Source: Chiloscyllium plagiosum (taxonomy: Eukaryota). Taken from it: a stretch of DNA of 60,853 bases. The position numbers and the translations under genes were made by a program. Location: positions 10,289,129 to 10,349,981 of the forward strand of contig NC_057756.1 in the NCBI RefSeq assembly GCF_004010195.1, in the 5' to 3' direction. Of this stretch, positions 23,200 through 35,896 are shown piece after piece. Every line of letters starts with the position of its first letter. Positions within the stretch are counted from its first letter, which is position 1. The notes beneath the pieces are model-generated. The model was not told the origin of the DNA. It was given only the letters and a program-made list of their open reading frames with translations, and made no database searches.

Positions 23200-24520
23200 T
23201 AGAGCATAGAACAGACCCTTCAGCCCACGATGTTGTGCCAAGGATTATTCCTAACCTAAAATATAGTAACCTAATTTATGCACTCCTCAACTCACTGCTA
23301 TCCATGTGCATGTCCAGCAGTCACTTAAATGTCCTAATGACTCTGCTTCCACCACCACCACTAGAAACACATTCCATGCATTCACGACTCTCTGCATAAA
23401 GAATTTACCTCTGACGTCTCCTCTATACCTTCCTCCTAATATCTTAAAACTATGAATCTTAGTGCCAGTCAATCCTGCTCTGGGAAATAGTCTCTGGCTA
23501 TTGACTCTATCCATGCCTCTCATTACCTTGTATACCTCAATCAGGTCTCCTCTCTTCCTCCTTCTATCCAGCGAAAAAGTCTGAGCTTAGTCAACCTCTC
23601 TTCGTAAGATAAGCCCTCCAGTCCAGGCAGCATCCTGGTAAACCTTCTTTGCAACCTCTCCAAAGCCTCTGTATCTTTCCTATAGTAGGGCGACCAGAAC
23701 TGGACACAATATTCCAAGTGTGGTCTCACCAGGGTCTCATAGATCTGCAGCAAAACCTCATGGCTCTTAAACCCGACCCCCCTGTTAATGAAAGCCAAAA
23801 CACTATATGCTATCTTAACAACCCTATCCACTTTGGTGGCAACTTTGAGGGATCTATGTACTTGAACACCAAGATCTCTCTGTTCCTCCACACTACCAAG
23901 GATCCTGTCTTTAATCCTACATTCAGCATTCGAGTTCGACTTTCCAAAATGCATCACTTCGCATTTATCCAGGTTGAACTCCATCTGCCATTTCTCAGCC
24001 CAGCTCTGCATCCTGTCTATGACGCGCTGCAGCCTGCAACAGCCCTCGATACTATCAACAACACCTCCAACCTTTGCGTCATTGGCAAATTTACTAACCC
24101 ACCCCTCAACCTCCTCATCCAAGTCATTTATAAAAACTACAAAGCGCAGAGGCACAAGAACTGAGCCCTGCGGGACCCCACTCAACACTGACCTCCAGGC
24201 AGAATACTTTCCATCTACAACCACTGTCAGCCAACCAATTCTGAATCCAGACAGACAATTCTCCCTGTATCCCATACCTCCTGACTTTATGAATGAGCCG
24301 ACCATGGTGAACCTTATCGAATGCCTTGCTGAAGTCCAAATACACCAGATCCACTGCTCGGCCTTCGTCAGCCTGCCTCGACACCTCCTCAAAGAACTCA
24401 ACAAGATTTGTGAGGCATGACCTGCCCCTCACAAAGCCATGCTGACTGCCTTTAATCATGCTATGCTTTCAAAATAGTAATAAATCCTATCCCTCAGAAT
24501 TCTTTCCAAAACCTTTCCAA
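23200..24520 (-). mobile_element. CR1 LINE, 5'-truncated, with a frameshifted RT domain
   Basis: SQHGFVRGRSCLTNLVEFFE, YLDFSKAFDKV, GVPQGSVL, FINDLD, SKFANDAK, VRPHLEYCVQFWSP. Confidence 0.95.
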
Positions 24521-25460
24521 AATCTATGCCCTCCAGTTCTGGACACCCTCCACCACAGAGAAGAAACCTTGTCTATTTACCCTATCCATGCCCCTCGTGA
24601 TTTTATGAACCTCTTTAGAAGTTCACCCCTCAGCCTCCGACGCTCCAGGGAAAACAGCCCCAGCCTGTTCAGCCTCTCTCTGTAGCTTAAACCCTCCAAC
24701 CCTGGCCACATCCTTGTAAATCTTTTCTGAACCCTTTCAAGTTTCACAGCATCTTTCAAATCACAGGGAGCCCAGAATTGAACCCAGTATTCCAAACGTG
24801 GCCTAACTAATGTCCTGTACAGCCACAACATGACCTCCCAACTCCTATATTCAACGCTCTGACCCATAAAGGAAAGCATACCAAATGCCTTCTTCATTAT
24901 TCTATACACTTGCGACTCCAGTTTCAAGGAGCTATGAACCTGCACTCCAAGGTCTGTTGGTTCAGCAACACTCCCCAGGACCTTACCATTAGGTGTATAA
25001 GGAGAAAGTGAGGTCAGCAGATGCTGGAGATCAGAGCTGGAAATGTGTTGCTGGAAGAGCGCAGCAGGTCAGGCAGCATCCCCGAAACGTCGATTCTCCT
25101 GTTCCCTGGATGCTGCCTGACCTGCTGCGCTCTTCCAGCAACACATTTCCAGCATTAAGTGTATAAGTCCTGCTCTGATTTGCTTTGTCAAAATGCAGCA
25201 TCTCACATTTATCTAAATTAAATTCCATCTGCCACTTCTCAGCCCATTGGCCCATCTGACCAAGATCCCGTTGCAATCTAAGACGACCTTCTTCGCTGTC
25301 TGCTACACCTCCAATTTTGGTGTCATCATTACTAACTATACCTCCTATGTTAACATCCAAATCATTTATATAAATGATGAAAAGTAGTAAACCCAGCACC
25401 GATCCTTGTGGCACTCCTCTGGTCACAGGCCTCCAGTTTGAAAAGCAGACCTCCACCACC
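24521..25460 (-). mobile_element. Second CR1 LINE fragment, interrupted by a short Penelope-type palindrome (~25002-25152)
   Basis: GVPQGSVLG...YINDLD and VRPRLEY motifs on either side of the insert. Confidence 0.85.
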
Positions 25461-26029
25461 TTTAAGCCAAGACATTGACTTTAAATCTGGGCTAGCAGTT
25501 TCTAGCCTGTGGTAAATCATACAGGTTCTGTTAAAAGTTGACTTCAATGGACTGTTTAAGATGGCTGCCACAGGTCACATGATTGTGGGTGCTGCAGGTT
25601 GGTGAAGCTTCCGGAAGTTTTGAAATGTGGATGATAGCTGAAAGGCTCTGGGCCTTCGTCCTTTTGGAATTTCACACCAGCCGTTCATAGACAACCATAA
25701 AATGGCAACCACATCGGGATTGCAGACTTACTGGCTGTTGATATTGTCCGTGTATGAAGGGGAGTTAATGAACTCTGTTTTTGTGTCATGTTCTCCAATG
25801 TCTCTCCATTGAAGGCAGGGCCAATGGTTTGACCATGGATGGTGGAGGTCATGTCATTAACCTGTGTGGTCGATTGAATGTGTATCGACAGCCTGTTGTT
25901 GCGTGAGCTTAACCCACAGATATTTGACTGAGATTTATCACAGAGTGCTGACGGCTGGGTCAGCAGTCTGCAAACTTCCAAACGTAGCACCATCGTCAAC
26001 AGTGGACATCAGCTCTAACACTCAGCTCC

Positions 26030-26452
26030 TCCAGCCTGTTACACAGGAACACAGGAGAAGGCCATTCAGCCCCCTCCTCCGGCCTGTTACACAGGAACAG
26101 GAGACCATTCAGCCCCTTCCTCCAGCCTGTTACACAGGAACAGGAGGCCATTCAGCCCCACCTACCCCCAGCCTGTTACACAGGAACAGGAGGCCATTCA
26201 GCCCCACCCACCCCCAGCCTGTTACACAGGAACAGGAGGCCATTCAGCCCCCACCTCCAGCCTGTTACACAGGAACAGGAGGCCATTCAGCCCCCTCCTC
26301 CAGCCTGTTATACAGCAACAGGAAGCCATTCAGTCCCCCACCTCCAGCCTGTTACACAGGAACAGGAGGCCACTCAGCCCCACCCTCCAACCTGTTAAAC
26401 TGGAACTGGAAACCATTCAGTTCCCAAGCCCCAGCCTGTTACACAGGGACAG
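26030..26452. repeat. ~38-41-bp minisatellite (ccagcctgttacacaggaacaggaggccattcagcccc)n
   Basis: About 11 degenerate copies; the unit includes a CR1-tail-like gaacaggaggccattcagccc. Confidence 0.9.
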
Positions 26453-26946
26453 GAGAAGGTCTGTTACAGGGTCACAGATCCCACACACTTGGTGGGGGGA
26501 TATTTGGTGAATTGATTCCAAGAATACCAGACGATGGGAATTCTGACCTACGCCCTGGAGTATTAGTGTCTGTGATTGCAGTGCACATTTATAAATACTA
26601 GAAGCTGTCATAAAAGCTCACAGAATTCCTCAGGGACTCATATCTCACCCTTATGCTATGGGAGCTAATGTAATGTTCACGACGTGATAGTGGCAGGTAT
26701 TCTATCATGGCTCCTGCTGCTTGGTTGTGTTGTATGTTGCTGAGAAGCCTTGGGTTTTTTGTCCTTCTTGTATGTTAAGGGAAATCATGCGATCTTACCA
26801 GTTTCTCACAAGCATGCGTACCTCACCCGTTCACGTGTGCAATTCTGCCTCCCTGATCTGAAGCGAATGGAACAGCAATTCTCCTGTGTTAACCGAATCC
26901 ATTATGTGTGCATTGGCACCTCAATGATTGGCTGCTCAAACACAAG

Positions 26947-27156
26947 ATGTGGAGGAGACTGTGTTGGACTGGGGTGGACCTAGTTAAAAATCACACAACA
27001 CCAGGTTATAGTCCAACATGTTTATTTGAAAGCACTAGCTTTCGGAGCGACGCTCCTTCATCAGGTAGCTGCCTCTTGAAAGAGCAGCGCTCCGAAAGCT
27101 AGTGCTTCCAAATAAACCTGTTGGATTATAACCTAGTGTTGTGTGATTTTTAACTA
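26947..27156. mobile_element. Second copy of the palindromic Penelope-derived element
   Basis: Same arms agttaaaaatcacacaacaccagg...gtgttgtgtgatttttaact. Confidence 0.8.
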
Positions 27157-27211
27157 GGCACAAGCACAAAGGGAAGATAAAAATAGCAGGAATTCAGTTG
27201 ATGTAATTTTT

Positions 27212-27217
27212 TTTATT
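27212..27217 (-). terminator. Candidate polyadenylation signal for gene B
   Basis: AATAAA on the minus strand ~1.15 kb past the stop, in non-repeat AT-rich sequence. Confidence 0.35.
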
Positions 27218-27351
27218 ACATCTTTGGTTACAAGTGTGTACACACAGCAGGTAAGCAAACCTCGACAGATTTGAAACTGTAGTTTTCCTTCCAGGAGCAG
27301 GGATTTCTTACTGCAATTGTACAGGGAGAAACAGCACAGTTCATAGAATGC

Positions 27352-27668
27352 CTACAGTGTAGAAACAGACCCCTTCAGCCCAGCACCAGTCCTCAGAAGA
27401 GTAACCCACCCATTCCCCATTATCCTATATTTACTCCTGACATCTAGCCTACACCCCCGCCCCCCCTCCCTCCCTCCCTCCTCCAGAACACTATGGACAA
27501 TTTAATATGGCCAAATCACTTAACCTGCACATCTTTGGACTGTGGGAGGAAACCCATGCAGAGACGGGGAGAATGTGCAAACTCCACGCAGACAGTCGCC
27601 CGGGGCTGGAATTGAACCTGGGCCCCTGGTGCTGTGAGGTAACCGTGCTAACCACTGAGCCATCATGC
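27352..27668 (-). mobile_element. HE1-type SINE (in the putative gene B 3' UTR)
   Basis: Same core and head motifs. Confidence 0.78.
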
Positions 27669-28375
27669 CAGCCCCTGGAGTACTGTATGTGCAGTTTAGG
27701 GTCTCTGTATCTGAGGAAGGATGGTCTGGCGATGGAAGGAGAGCAGCGAATGTTTCCCAGACTGATTCCCGGGATGTCAGGGCTGACGGATGAAGAGAGA
27801 CTAGATTGGTTAAGATTATATTCACTGGTGTTTCAAAGAATAAGAAGGGGAGTCTTATAGAAACCTGCAAAAATTCCAACAGGCTAAACAAGAATAAAAG
27901 CAGGAAGAATGTTCCATATGACCAGAGGGGTCACAGCTGAAGGATACGGGTAGGACTGAAATGAGGAGAAATGTCTTCACGCAGAGATTGGGGAGCCTGT
28001 GGAATTCTCGACTACAGAAAATGGTTGAGGCGAAAACATTGAATATTTTCAAATATATAGACGTTGTTCTTAGAGCTCAAGGGGTGAGAGAGTATGAGTA
28101 CACAACAGGAACATGGAACTGAGTTAGATGACCAAAAATACTGAATAGCACAGCAGACTTGAAAGGCCAAATGGCCTAGAGTAGAAATTAGGCTATTCGG
28201 CCCATCATGGCTCCTGTTTCCTAAGTTTCTATGAAAGGACTAATGAACCATTGGTGAGCCAGGAGAGTTTCACCCTCTGAAGGTTGTCTCTTTTACTGCC
28301 CAGTGAAAATTGTCATCTCATGTCATCGTCAAGGAGCAGAGTCATCGATGGTCCCTCTCAAAGATGACTCCTCCT

Positions 28376-28470
28376 TCAGCAAAGCCAAACAATCATGGCA
28401 AGAGAGATAGCGAGCGAGAGAGGGACTGTCCGCACAGAGTCACCAACAACGCAGGGCTTCACAGTAATCA
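28376..28470 (-). CDS. Gene B terminal exon, 3' part (5' part lost in the gap): GPI-anchor-signal-like tail
   Basis: Emerges from the N gap as ITVKPCVVGDSVRTVPLSLAISLAMIVWLC*: small residues, a spacer, then a hydrophobic C-terminus. Confidence 0.65.
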
Positions 28471-28970
28471 NNNNNNNNNNNNNNNNNNNNNNNNNNNNNN
28501 NNNNNNNNNNNNNNNNNNNNNNNNNNNNNNNNNNNNNNNNNNNNNNNNNNNNNNNNNNNNNNNNNNNNNNNNNNNNNNNNNNNNNNNNNNNNNNNNNNNN
28601 NNNNNNNNNNNNNNNNNNNNNNNNNNNNNNNNNNNNNNNNNNNNNNNNNNNNNNNNNNNNNNNNNNNNNNNNNNNNNNNNNNNNNNNNNNNNNNNNNNNN
28701 NNNNNNNNNNNNNNNNNNNNNNNNNNNNNNNNNNNNNNNNNNNNNNNNNNNNNNNNNNNNNNNNNNNNNNNNNNNNNNNNNNNNNNNNNNNNNNNNNNNN
28801 NNNNNNNNNNNNNNNNNNNNNNNNNNNNNNNNNNNNNNNNNNNNNNNNNNNNNNNNNNNNNNNNNNNNNNNNNNNNNNNNNNNNNNNNNNNNNNNNNNNN
28901 NNNNNNNNNNNNNNNNNNNNNNNNNNNNNNNNNNNNNNNNNNNNNNNNNNNNNNNNNNNNNNNNNNNNNN
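28471..28970. other. Assembly gap inside gene B (other gaps: 2866-3089, 7577-8286, 8971-9470, 22368-22861)
   Basis: Runs of N. Confidence 1.
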
Positions 28971-29184
28971 ACCTAACCCTGTGCTCCCCCTGTCCTGGGA
29001 GGGTTTGAGTGGGAGACTGTCAAGGGGGAGTTATTCTGGATCTAACCCTGGGAATTTTTGATGGAACCTCAAGGGAAATTTGCAGGATTGATGTTTCTCA
29101 GTCACGGTATTATTAAACTGGACAGGCTGATGATGGAATGAATCTATCGGATCTGGATTGGATTACGATGCATTTTTGCCTTAC

Positions 29185-29322
29185 CCACAACTATCCGATC
29201 ATTACAGAGATCAGAGTCACAGCAACTGCTTTTCTCTGAGAGGATCACAGCTCCAGTGTTGATAGAGAGAGGATCCGAGCATGATCCACAGGAATTTCTA
29301 ATCACCTGGGTGGACTGTCCAT
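29185..29322 (-). CDS. Gene B exon 3: C-half of LU domain 1
   Basis: ttgcttgttttcag| acceptor, 138 nt (same as gene A exon 3), DGQSTQVIRNSCGSCSDPLSINTGAVILSEKSSCCDSDLCNDRIVV, G|GTAAGG donor. Confidence 0.92.
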
Positions 29323-30113
29323 CTGAAAACAAGCAAATATCAGGTCAGCAATTTCACACCGGCTGCTCAGAACTGGCAGAGAGATAGAGAGAATGGGGAT
29401 GAAGAAGAAGTGAGAGAGAGAGAGAGAGAGAGAGAGAGGAATGAGCAAAAGGAAATTAAAGTGAATAAGAGATGGGAAAGAAAAGGGCAAGAGAGAAGGA
29501 AGTGTGAGAAAAGCGAGAGAGTAAAAGAGGGGAAAGGAAACAAAATTTCCCACAAAGTTCAAAACCATTTAAACCCATTGTAGCTTTCAATTAAGAACTG
29601 AAATGGTTCTGGAACAAGACTACACTTAAACATACTTACTGCAGCAAACAGACTAAAATCACCACTGATTAAACAATATCTTTCCATTGGCACTTATGTG
29701 ACAAAGTACGACACATTTGACCCAACAAAGAAAACAACATGATTAAAGATACAGCAAAAGTTAAATTCAGCAAGACTGCTCACTCATTGGAGAGAGATGA
29801 TTGGCAGTAGTTTAACCTGAGAGTCAACCAAGAGGAAAGGTTGAGAAGGAGGATCCTTCATGGTATTTTCAGCTGGGGTGGGGATTGAACCCATAATGTC
29901 AGCATTACAAACCAGCTGGCCAGCCAAACGAGCTATGTACAGTGCTGTCACAGTCAACACTCAATTCAAAATCATTCCCAGCTTCCTCGGTATTGCTTCC
30001 ATTCTTTGTATTTATCAGCTTAGAGCGGTTGAACTCCAGAACTGTCTTCCATGATGCAAGTTTCCCTCGAGACTTCTCTCTCCTCATAGAGTGAGGCAAA
30101 TTTTGTCTTAACT

Positions 30114-31534
30114 GGATGTAGGTTTGGTCACTGAGCTAGAAGGTTCATTTCCAGATATTTCGTCACCCTACTAGGTAACATCCTCAGTGGGCTTCCGGGC
30201 AAAGCACAGCTGGTGATTTCTGTTTTCTGTTTGTATGTTTGGGTTTCTTTGGGTTGGTGATGTCATTTCCTGTGGTGATGCCATTTCCTGTTCTTTTTCT
30301 ATAGGGGTGGTGGATGGGGTCTAATCTAATGTGTTTGTTGATAAAGTCCCGGTTGGAATGCCATGCTTCTAGGAATTCTCATGCATGTCTCTATTTGGCT
30401 TGTCCTAGGATGGATGTGTTGTCCCAGTTGAAGTGGTGTCCTTCCTTTTCTGTATGGAAGGTACTAGTGAGAGAAGGTCATGTTGTTTGTGGCTAGTTGA
30501 TGTTATAGAGTCATAGAGTCATAGAGATGTACAGCATGGAAACAGACCCTTCAGTCCAACCTGCCCATGCCGACCAGATATCCCAACCCAATCTAGTCCC
30601 ACCTGACAGCACCCGACCCATATCCCTCCAATCCCTTCCTATTCATATACCCATCCAAATGCCTCTTAAATGTTGCAATTGTACCAGCCTCCACCACTTC
30701 CTCTGGCAACTCATTCCATACACGTACCACCCTGTGTGTGTGAAAAAGTTGCCCCTTAGGTCTCTTTTCTATCTTTCCCCTCTCACCCTAAACCTATGCC
30801 CTCTAGTTCTGGATTCCCCGACCCCAGGGAAAGACTTTGTCTATTTATTCTATCCATGCCCCTCATAATTTTGTCAACCTCTATAAGGTCACCCCTCAGC
30901 CTCCGACGCTCCAGGGAAAACAGCCCTATTCTGTTCAGCCTCTCCCTATAGCTCAAATCCTCCAACCCTGGCAACATCCTTGTAAGGTTCTTACAGTTCT
31001 TGCACGGTATTTTGTTTTGTAATTTTTTTTGCACAAAATACTGTGTTAGAACCGTAAATAACACTACATTGGACAAACAGGCAGAAAACTAGCCACCAGG
31101 ATACATGAACATCAACTAGCCACAAAACAACATGACCCTCTCTCACTGGTACCTTACATGCAGATGAGCAAGGACACCACTTCAACTGGGACAACACATC
31201 CATCTGAGGACAAGCCAAACAGAGACACTCACGAAAATTCCTGGAAGCATGGCATTCCAACCGGAACTCTATCAACAAACACGTCGAGTTAGACCCCATC
31301 TACCACGGCCTGAGAAAAAGAACAGGAAGTGACATCACCACCAGAAATGACATCACCAATACAAAGAAACCCAAACATAGAAATAGAAAGCAGAAGTCAT
31401 CAGCAATGCTTCGCCTGGAGGCTCACGGAGGATATTACTTCGTAGGGTGACAAAACGTTTGGAAATGAACCTTCCAGCTCAGCAAGCAAACTTCAGCAGA
31501 ACCTCAATCTGAGCTACCAATCTTCTTAAAACTC
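30114..31534. mobile_element. Penelope-like element with inverted terminal copies, an 11-bp TSD and an internal CR1 fragment (~30505-30985)
   Basis: 30114-30503 and ~31075-31500 are inverted copies of GHHFNWDNTSI.GQAKQRH.R.FLEAWHS...INKH..LDPIY; direct repeat ttgtcttaact at 30103-30113 and 31535-31545. Confidence 0.82.
30151..30190 (-). ncRNA. Minimal hammerhead ribozyme motif (second Penelope family)
   Basis: cca-CTGAGGA-t-gttac(ctagtagg)gtgac-GAAAT-ATC-tgg on the minus strand; degenerate relatives at ~4216-4255 and ~31425-31462. Confidence 0.55.
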
Positions 31535-31629
31535 TTGTCTTAACTCCTGGTGAATTTGATTTTTCTCAATGTAAGCCCCAACTCTCATCACTGCATGGTG
31601 AGCTGTAACATATTGCTGCCTACCCTTGT

Positions 31630-31662
<33 letters not shown>

Positions 31663-32610
31663 GTCTCTCTCCCACTCTCTCCTAGATCCTGACAAACTAA
31701 TTGTGTCACTGGGGTATATTAGAAACACTTCCCTTTTCAAAGACCAATTCTACAACAACATGAATCACATGGGCCACGTATCCAGGTAGAAATTGTTGAC
31801 CGCCTATCATTGCAGGCCCAATTCTCCTTCATCCTGGAACTAAATGGGCAGCTTAAAAGCACAACTGCTTATAACTTGAACTTCACAGAACTTTGAAAGG
31901 TGTTTGGAAACTCACGGTCTATTCGCTGTCAACACATAAGCTCCTGTTACTGATTCCAAATGTCACCATCTCATCCACTCTTCCTCCTTTAATCTCAAAT
32001 AATCAAGCCAGCTGGGTTTGCTGTTAGTCAGAGTTCAGAATGGATCACATGAAGTCTTTTTTTATTCATCTCACCACAGAACAATCCTACAAACCTCATC
32101 ATCGGAACAGATATAACATGGGAAGGAAATAAAGGGTTGAGAGTGAAAGCAAGTAAGAGAAAGTGAGAGAGTAAAAATAAAAGAGAAAGAGAGAGTAAGA
32201 CCAGAGATTAAAGGAGAAAGAGGCATGGTCCAGTGTGGAACGAATGGCCTGTTTCCGTGCTGTAGGACTCTATGACTGAGAGAGAGAGAGAGAGAAGACA
32301 GAGAAAAATTCTGGAAGTGGAAGGAAGAGTAGGAGATAGAGAGGAGAAATGGGGCAGTAAACTTTGTTAGTCAAAGCTAATTAGAGTTTAAGAGCAGGGA
32401 GTTGATGCCCCAGTGATTGTAATGGGGTCAGCCAGATGCACCTTATAGAATCTGAGTTCCCTGATTGGGGCTGTTAACCTGGTCCAGTCAGGGAATCCTG
32501 GCTGACAGATAGAATCAGGAGTGTCTGGGTGTTCAGTTCACTCTGAGAGCTGGCTCTGAAGGGGTTGGACCTACACACGTGTAAATGAAGGGGGACATGG
32601 TGACGGGATA

Positions 32611-32923
32611 GGGCGGCACGGTGGCTCAATGGTTAGCATGCTGCTCACAGTGCCAGGGACCCAGGCTCGATTCCTACCCTGGGCGACTGCACATCCTCCG
32701 CGTGTCTGTGTGGGTTTATTTCAGGTGCTCTGGTTTCCTCCCACAGTCCAAAGATGTGCAGGTTAGGGTGGATTGACCATGCTAAATTGTCCTATAGTGT
32801 TATGTGCATTAGTCAGGGGGAATATAGGGGAGGGGAATGGCTCTAGCTGGGTTACTTTTCGGAGGGTAGGTATGGACTTGTTGGGCCAAATGGCCTATTT
32901 CCATACTGTTGGTAATTTAATCT
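32611..32923 (+). mobile_element. HE1-type SINE
   Basis: gggcggcacggtggctcaatggttagc head, core and CR1-like tail. Confidence 0.8.
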
Positions 32924-33501
32924 AATGAGGGATTCCACCATAAATCCTGGTTAGAACACAGCTAGAGTCTTGTGTGCAGTCGCAGAATGCACATGCAGGA
33001 GAGATGGGATAGCAGTGGAATGGGGGCAGGGGGAGATTTACCAGGATGTTGCCTGGGTTGGACAGTTTCAGTGCTGCAGAGAGGTTGACAGTCTGGGGTT
33101 GTTTCCCTGAGATTGCAGGAGACTTAGAGGGGTTATGATTGAGATAGATAACATTATCAGGAACATTGCTAGGAAACATGGCATCCTCTTGATGGAGAGC
33201 TCAATGACTGGGGGGGGGAGGGGGGGGTGGGTGTACATTGAAAAGAAGGGGCATGAAGTTTAGAGGTGATATGAGGAATAACGTTTTCATCCAGAGGGTG
33301 GTGAGAAACTGTAAGGATTGGAGAGACACTGAAGCAGTATTTAGCTCAGCGGTGCCAAAGCTGTGGGTCAAGTGCTGGAAGATGGGATTAGAAAAATTCG
33401 GTCATTGTTTTTGACTCAATGTGCTGAAGGACCTCTGTTTTTGTTTTGGGCTCTCAGACCTCTCCAACTCCATGACACTAAAATTCAAGAGGAAACATTA
33501 C

Positions 33502-33618
33502 CCAAGATTGTGATGATTGAGGTGGTCCGGCAGGTACTTGTCCCTGATTGACAAATCACTGGTTTGAGTTTGCACTCGCCAGAAGTTGCAGAACATTGGT
33601 GACAGGTCAAAGGTCGCA
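33502..33618 (-). CDS. Gene B exon 2: N-half of LU domain 1
   Basis: cttctctctcctcag| acceptor, 117 nt (same as gene A exon 2), (V)RPLTCHQCSATSGECKLKPVICQSGTSTCRTTSIITIL, G|GTAATG donor. Absent from the ORF track. Confidence 0.92.
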
Positions 33619-35503
33619 CTGAGGAGAGAGAAGCGATAGATCAACATGAATCAAATTAACAAGTCCCAGCTCCAGTCAGGAACCTCTCCACTGATTTGAT
33701 TTATTATCATTACACGTACCAAGATATAGCAAAAAATATCTGTTTTGTCCGCTAACCAGACAAATCATACCTTACGAAGGTAGGTCAGGGTAATCGAACA
33801 GAATATAGTATTGCAGCTACAGAGAAAGTGTAGAGAAAGATCAACTCGAATATAGAGTCAAAGAGTTATACCGCACAGAAACAGACCCTTCGGTCCAACT
33901 CGTCCATGCTGGCCAGATATCCTAAACTGACCGAGTCCCATTTGCCAGCACTTGGCCCATATCCCTCCAAACTCTTCCTATTCATATACCATCCAGATGC
34001 CTTTTAAATGCTGTAATTGTACCAGCCTTAACCACTTCGTCTGGCACCTCATTCCATACACGCACCACCCTTTTAAATCTTTCCCCCCTCACTTTAAACC
34101 TATGCCCACGAGTTTGAATATGTATTTTAAAATATAAGACATCATAAGTCTGATACCAGCATCACAGACCATAGGTGAAGAACGTCAGCTGCAATCAGTG
34201 TAGCCATGGGGAAGGGTTTTTACAGCACACAGAGAGAGGCTATTCCTTTCATTCATTCCATACCAGCGCCCCCTATAGGGTGATTTGAACAGCAGTTCTG
34301 CCACTATAGCCCTGTGGGTTTATTTCCTACATGTGTCTCTTTTCCTCTTAGAACCCTTTGATTGATGCTATTTGTACTATTCCAGTGAATTCCAGATTGT
34401 TACCACTCACCGTCTGAAGATGTCCCCCTCTCACAGCTTATCTCATGCCCAAAACTTTAAATCTGTGTCGCTAGTCCTAGTGATATCAGCTGTTGTGATC
34501 TTGTGTATCTAGAACAGATACAAGAAATGATTCCCCAAATTAACCTTGTAGCTAAAATCCCTCACCACTCTGGTAAATCTACACATGCTACCTATAATGT
34601 GCTCACCAGATCTAAATGCAAAGAGCGTTGAGTAAAGGAGTTGAGAGATCATGTTGTGGATGATGGTGAGGCCACTTTTGGAATACTGTGTGCACTTCTG
34701 GCCTACCTCCTATAGGAAGGATATTATTAAATTGGAGAGGGTACAGAAAAGATTTGCAAGGATGCCACCTGGCCTGGACATTTTGAGTTACAGGGAAAGG
34801 CTGGATAGGCTGGGACATTTTTCCCTGGTGTGTCGGAGGCTGAGGGTTGACCTTATATAGGTTTATAAAATCATGAAGGGCATACATAGAGTCTTTTCCC
34901 TAGGGTAGGGGAGTCCACAACGAAAGGGCATAGGTTTAAGGTGAGAGAAGAAATATCTAAAAGAGACCTGAGGGACAAATTCTTCACACAGAGGGTGGTG
35001 CATATCCGTAAGGATCTAAAATTTGAATTTAGGCAACAAAAATATATAGATTTTTATTATAACAAAATGGTTTCTCGATTTAAAAGAATACTATAAAATG
35101 GCCTGTGAACCTGTACTGCTGATTTGTAGAATTAAGCAGAAATTCAAAGATAAGAGGACAATAGAGTTTTCAAAAGCTGAATACTGACACATTAATTGAG
35201 CAAGAGGCTCCTGGTATTTGAAGTTATAGGCAACAAGAGGCTCCTGGTATTTAATTATAGGTTATTATTAATATAATAAAATATAATATTTAATAAGTTA
35301 ATAAATAATAATAATAATTTAATAATTTAAAAAATCAATACTTAAGTTGATTTTTTTAAAAAAGAAAATAAATATCACAATATTTTATAAGAAAAGTTAT
35401 TTTTTGATAAAAAGGTTTGTGAAATTGATTAGCGTTTGTGGAAGTCTGATCAGTGAGTAATTTTTTTTAAAATTGGCTGCTATAAAACTGAAGTAATTTT
35501 AAA

Positions 35504-35896
35504 ATGGGTAATTACATAGACAGAACAGATGATTTATTATCAATGTTAGTGAAATTATGTGAAAAATTTCCCGAAAAGTCTGAGGTCTTTAGAAAACTGT
35601 ATGGAGGTCTAAACAAAACATTGGGGTGATGAAGAATATCATTAGGCGTCCCTAAATCTGTTCAATTGGTTAAATCAAATCAGCAATTGATTTGGCAACA
35701 TAACATGGGAGTGGGAACGAGAGAGTTACTTGGACTGTGGCGGCAGTTTTGTGATGAGAGGCACAAAGAATCAGTTTTGCACTCGTGGCAGGATACTGCC
35801 ACCAAACTGGGGCCTGAATTAACTACAAATGCTGCTATGAAGTCTGTTGAGGTTCTTAAAAGTGAAATGCTCGAGCAAAATAACTCCAGAAACTAA
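35504..35896 (+). pseudogene. gag: ERV gag-like remnant
   Basis: Starts MGNYIDR (Met-Gly), with interrupted frames including QQLIWQHNMGVGTRELLGLWRQFCDERHKESVLHSW. Assigned mainly by position after the 5' LTR. Confidence 0.45.

Noticed and set aside
25864..26601. 245-aa plus-strand Pro-rich ORF
   Set aside because: Mostly translation of the 26030-26452 minisatellite.
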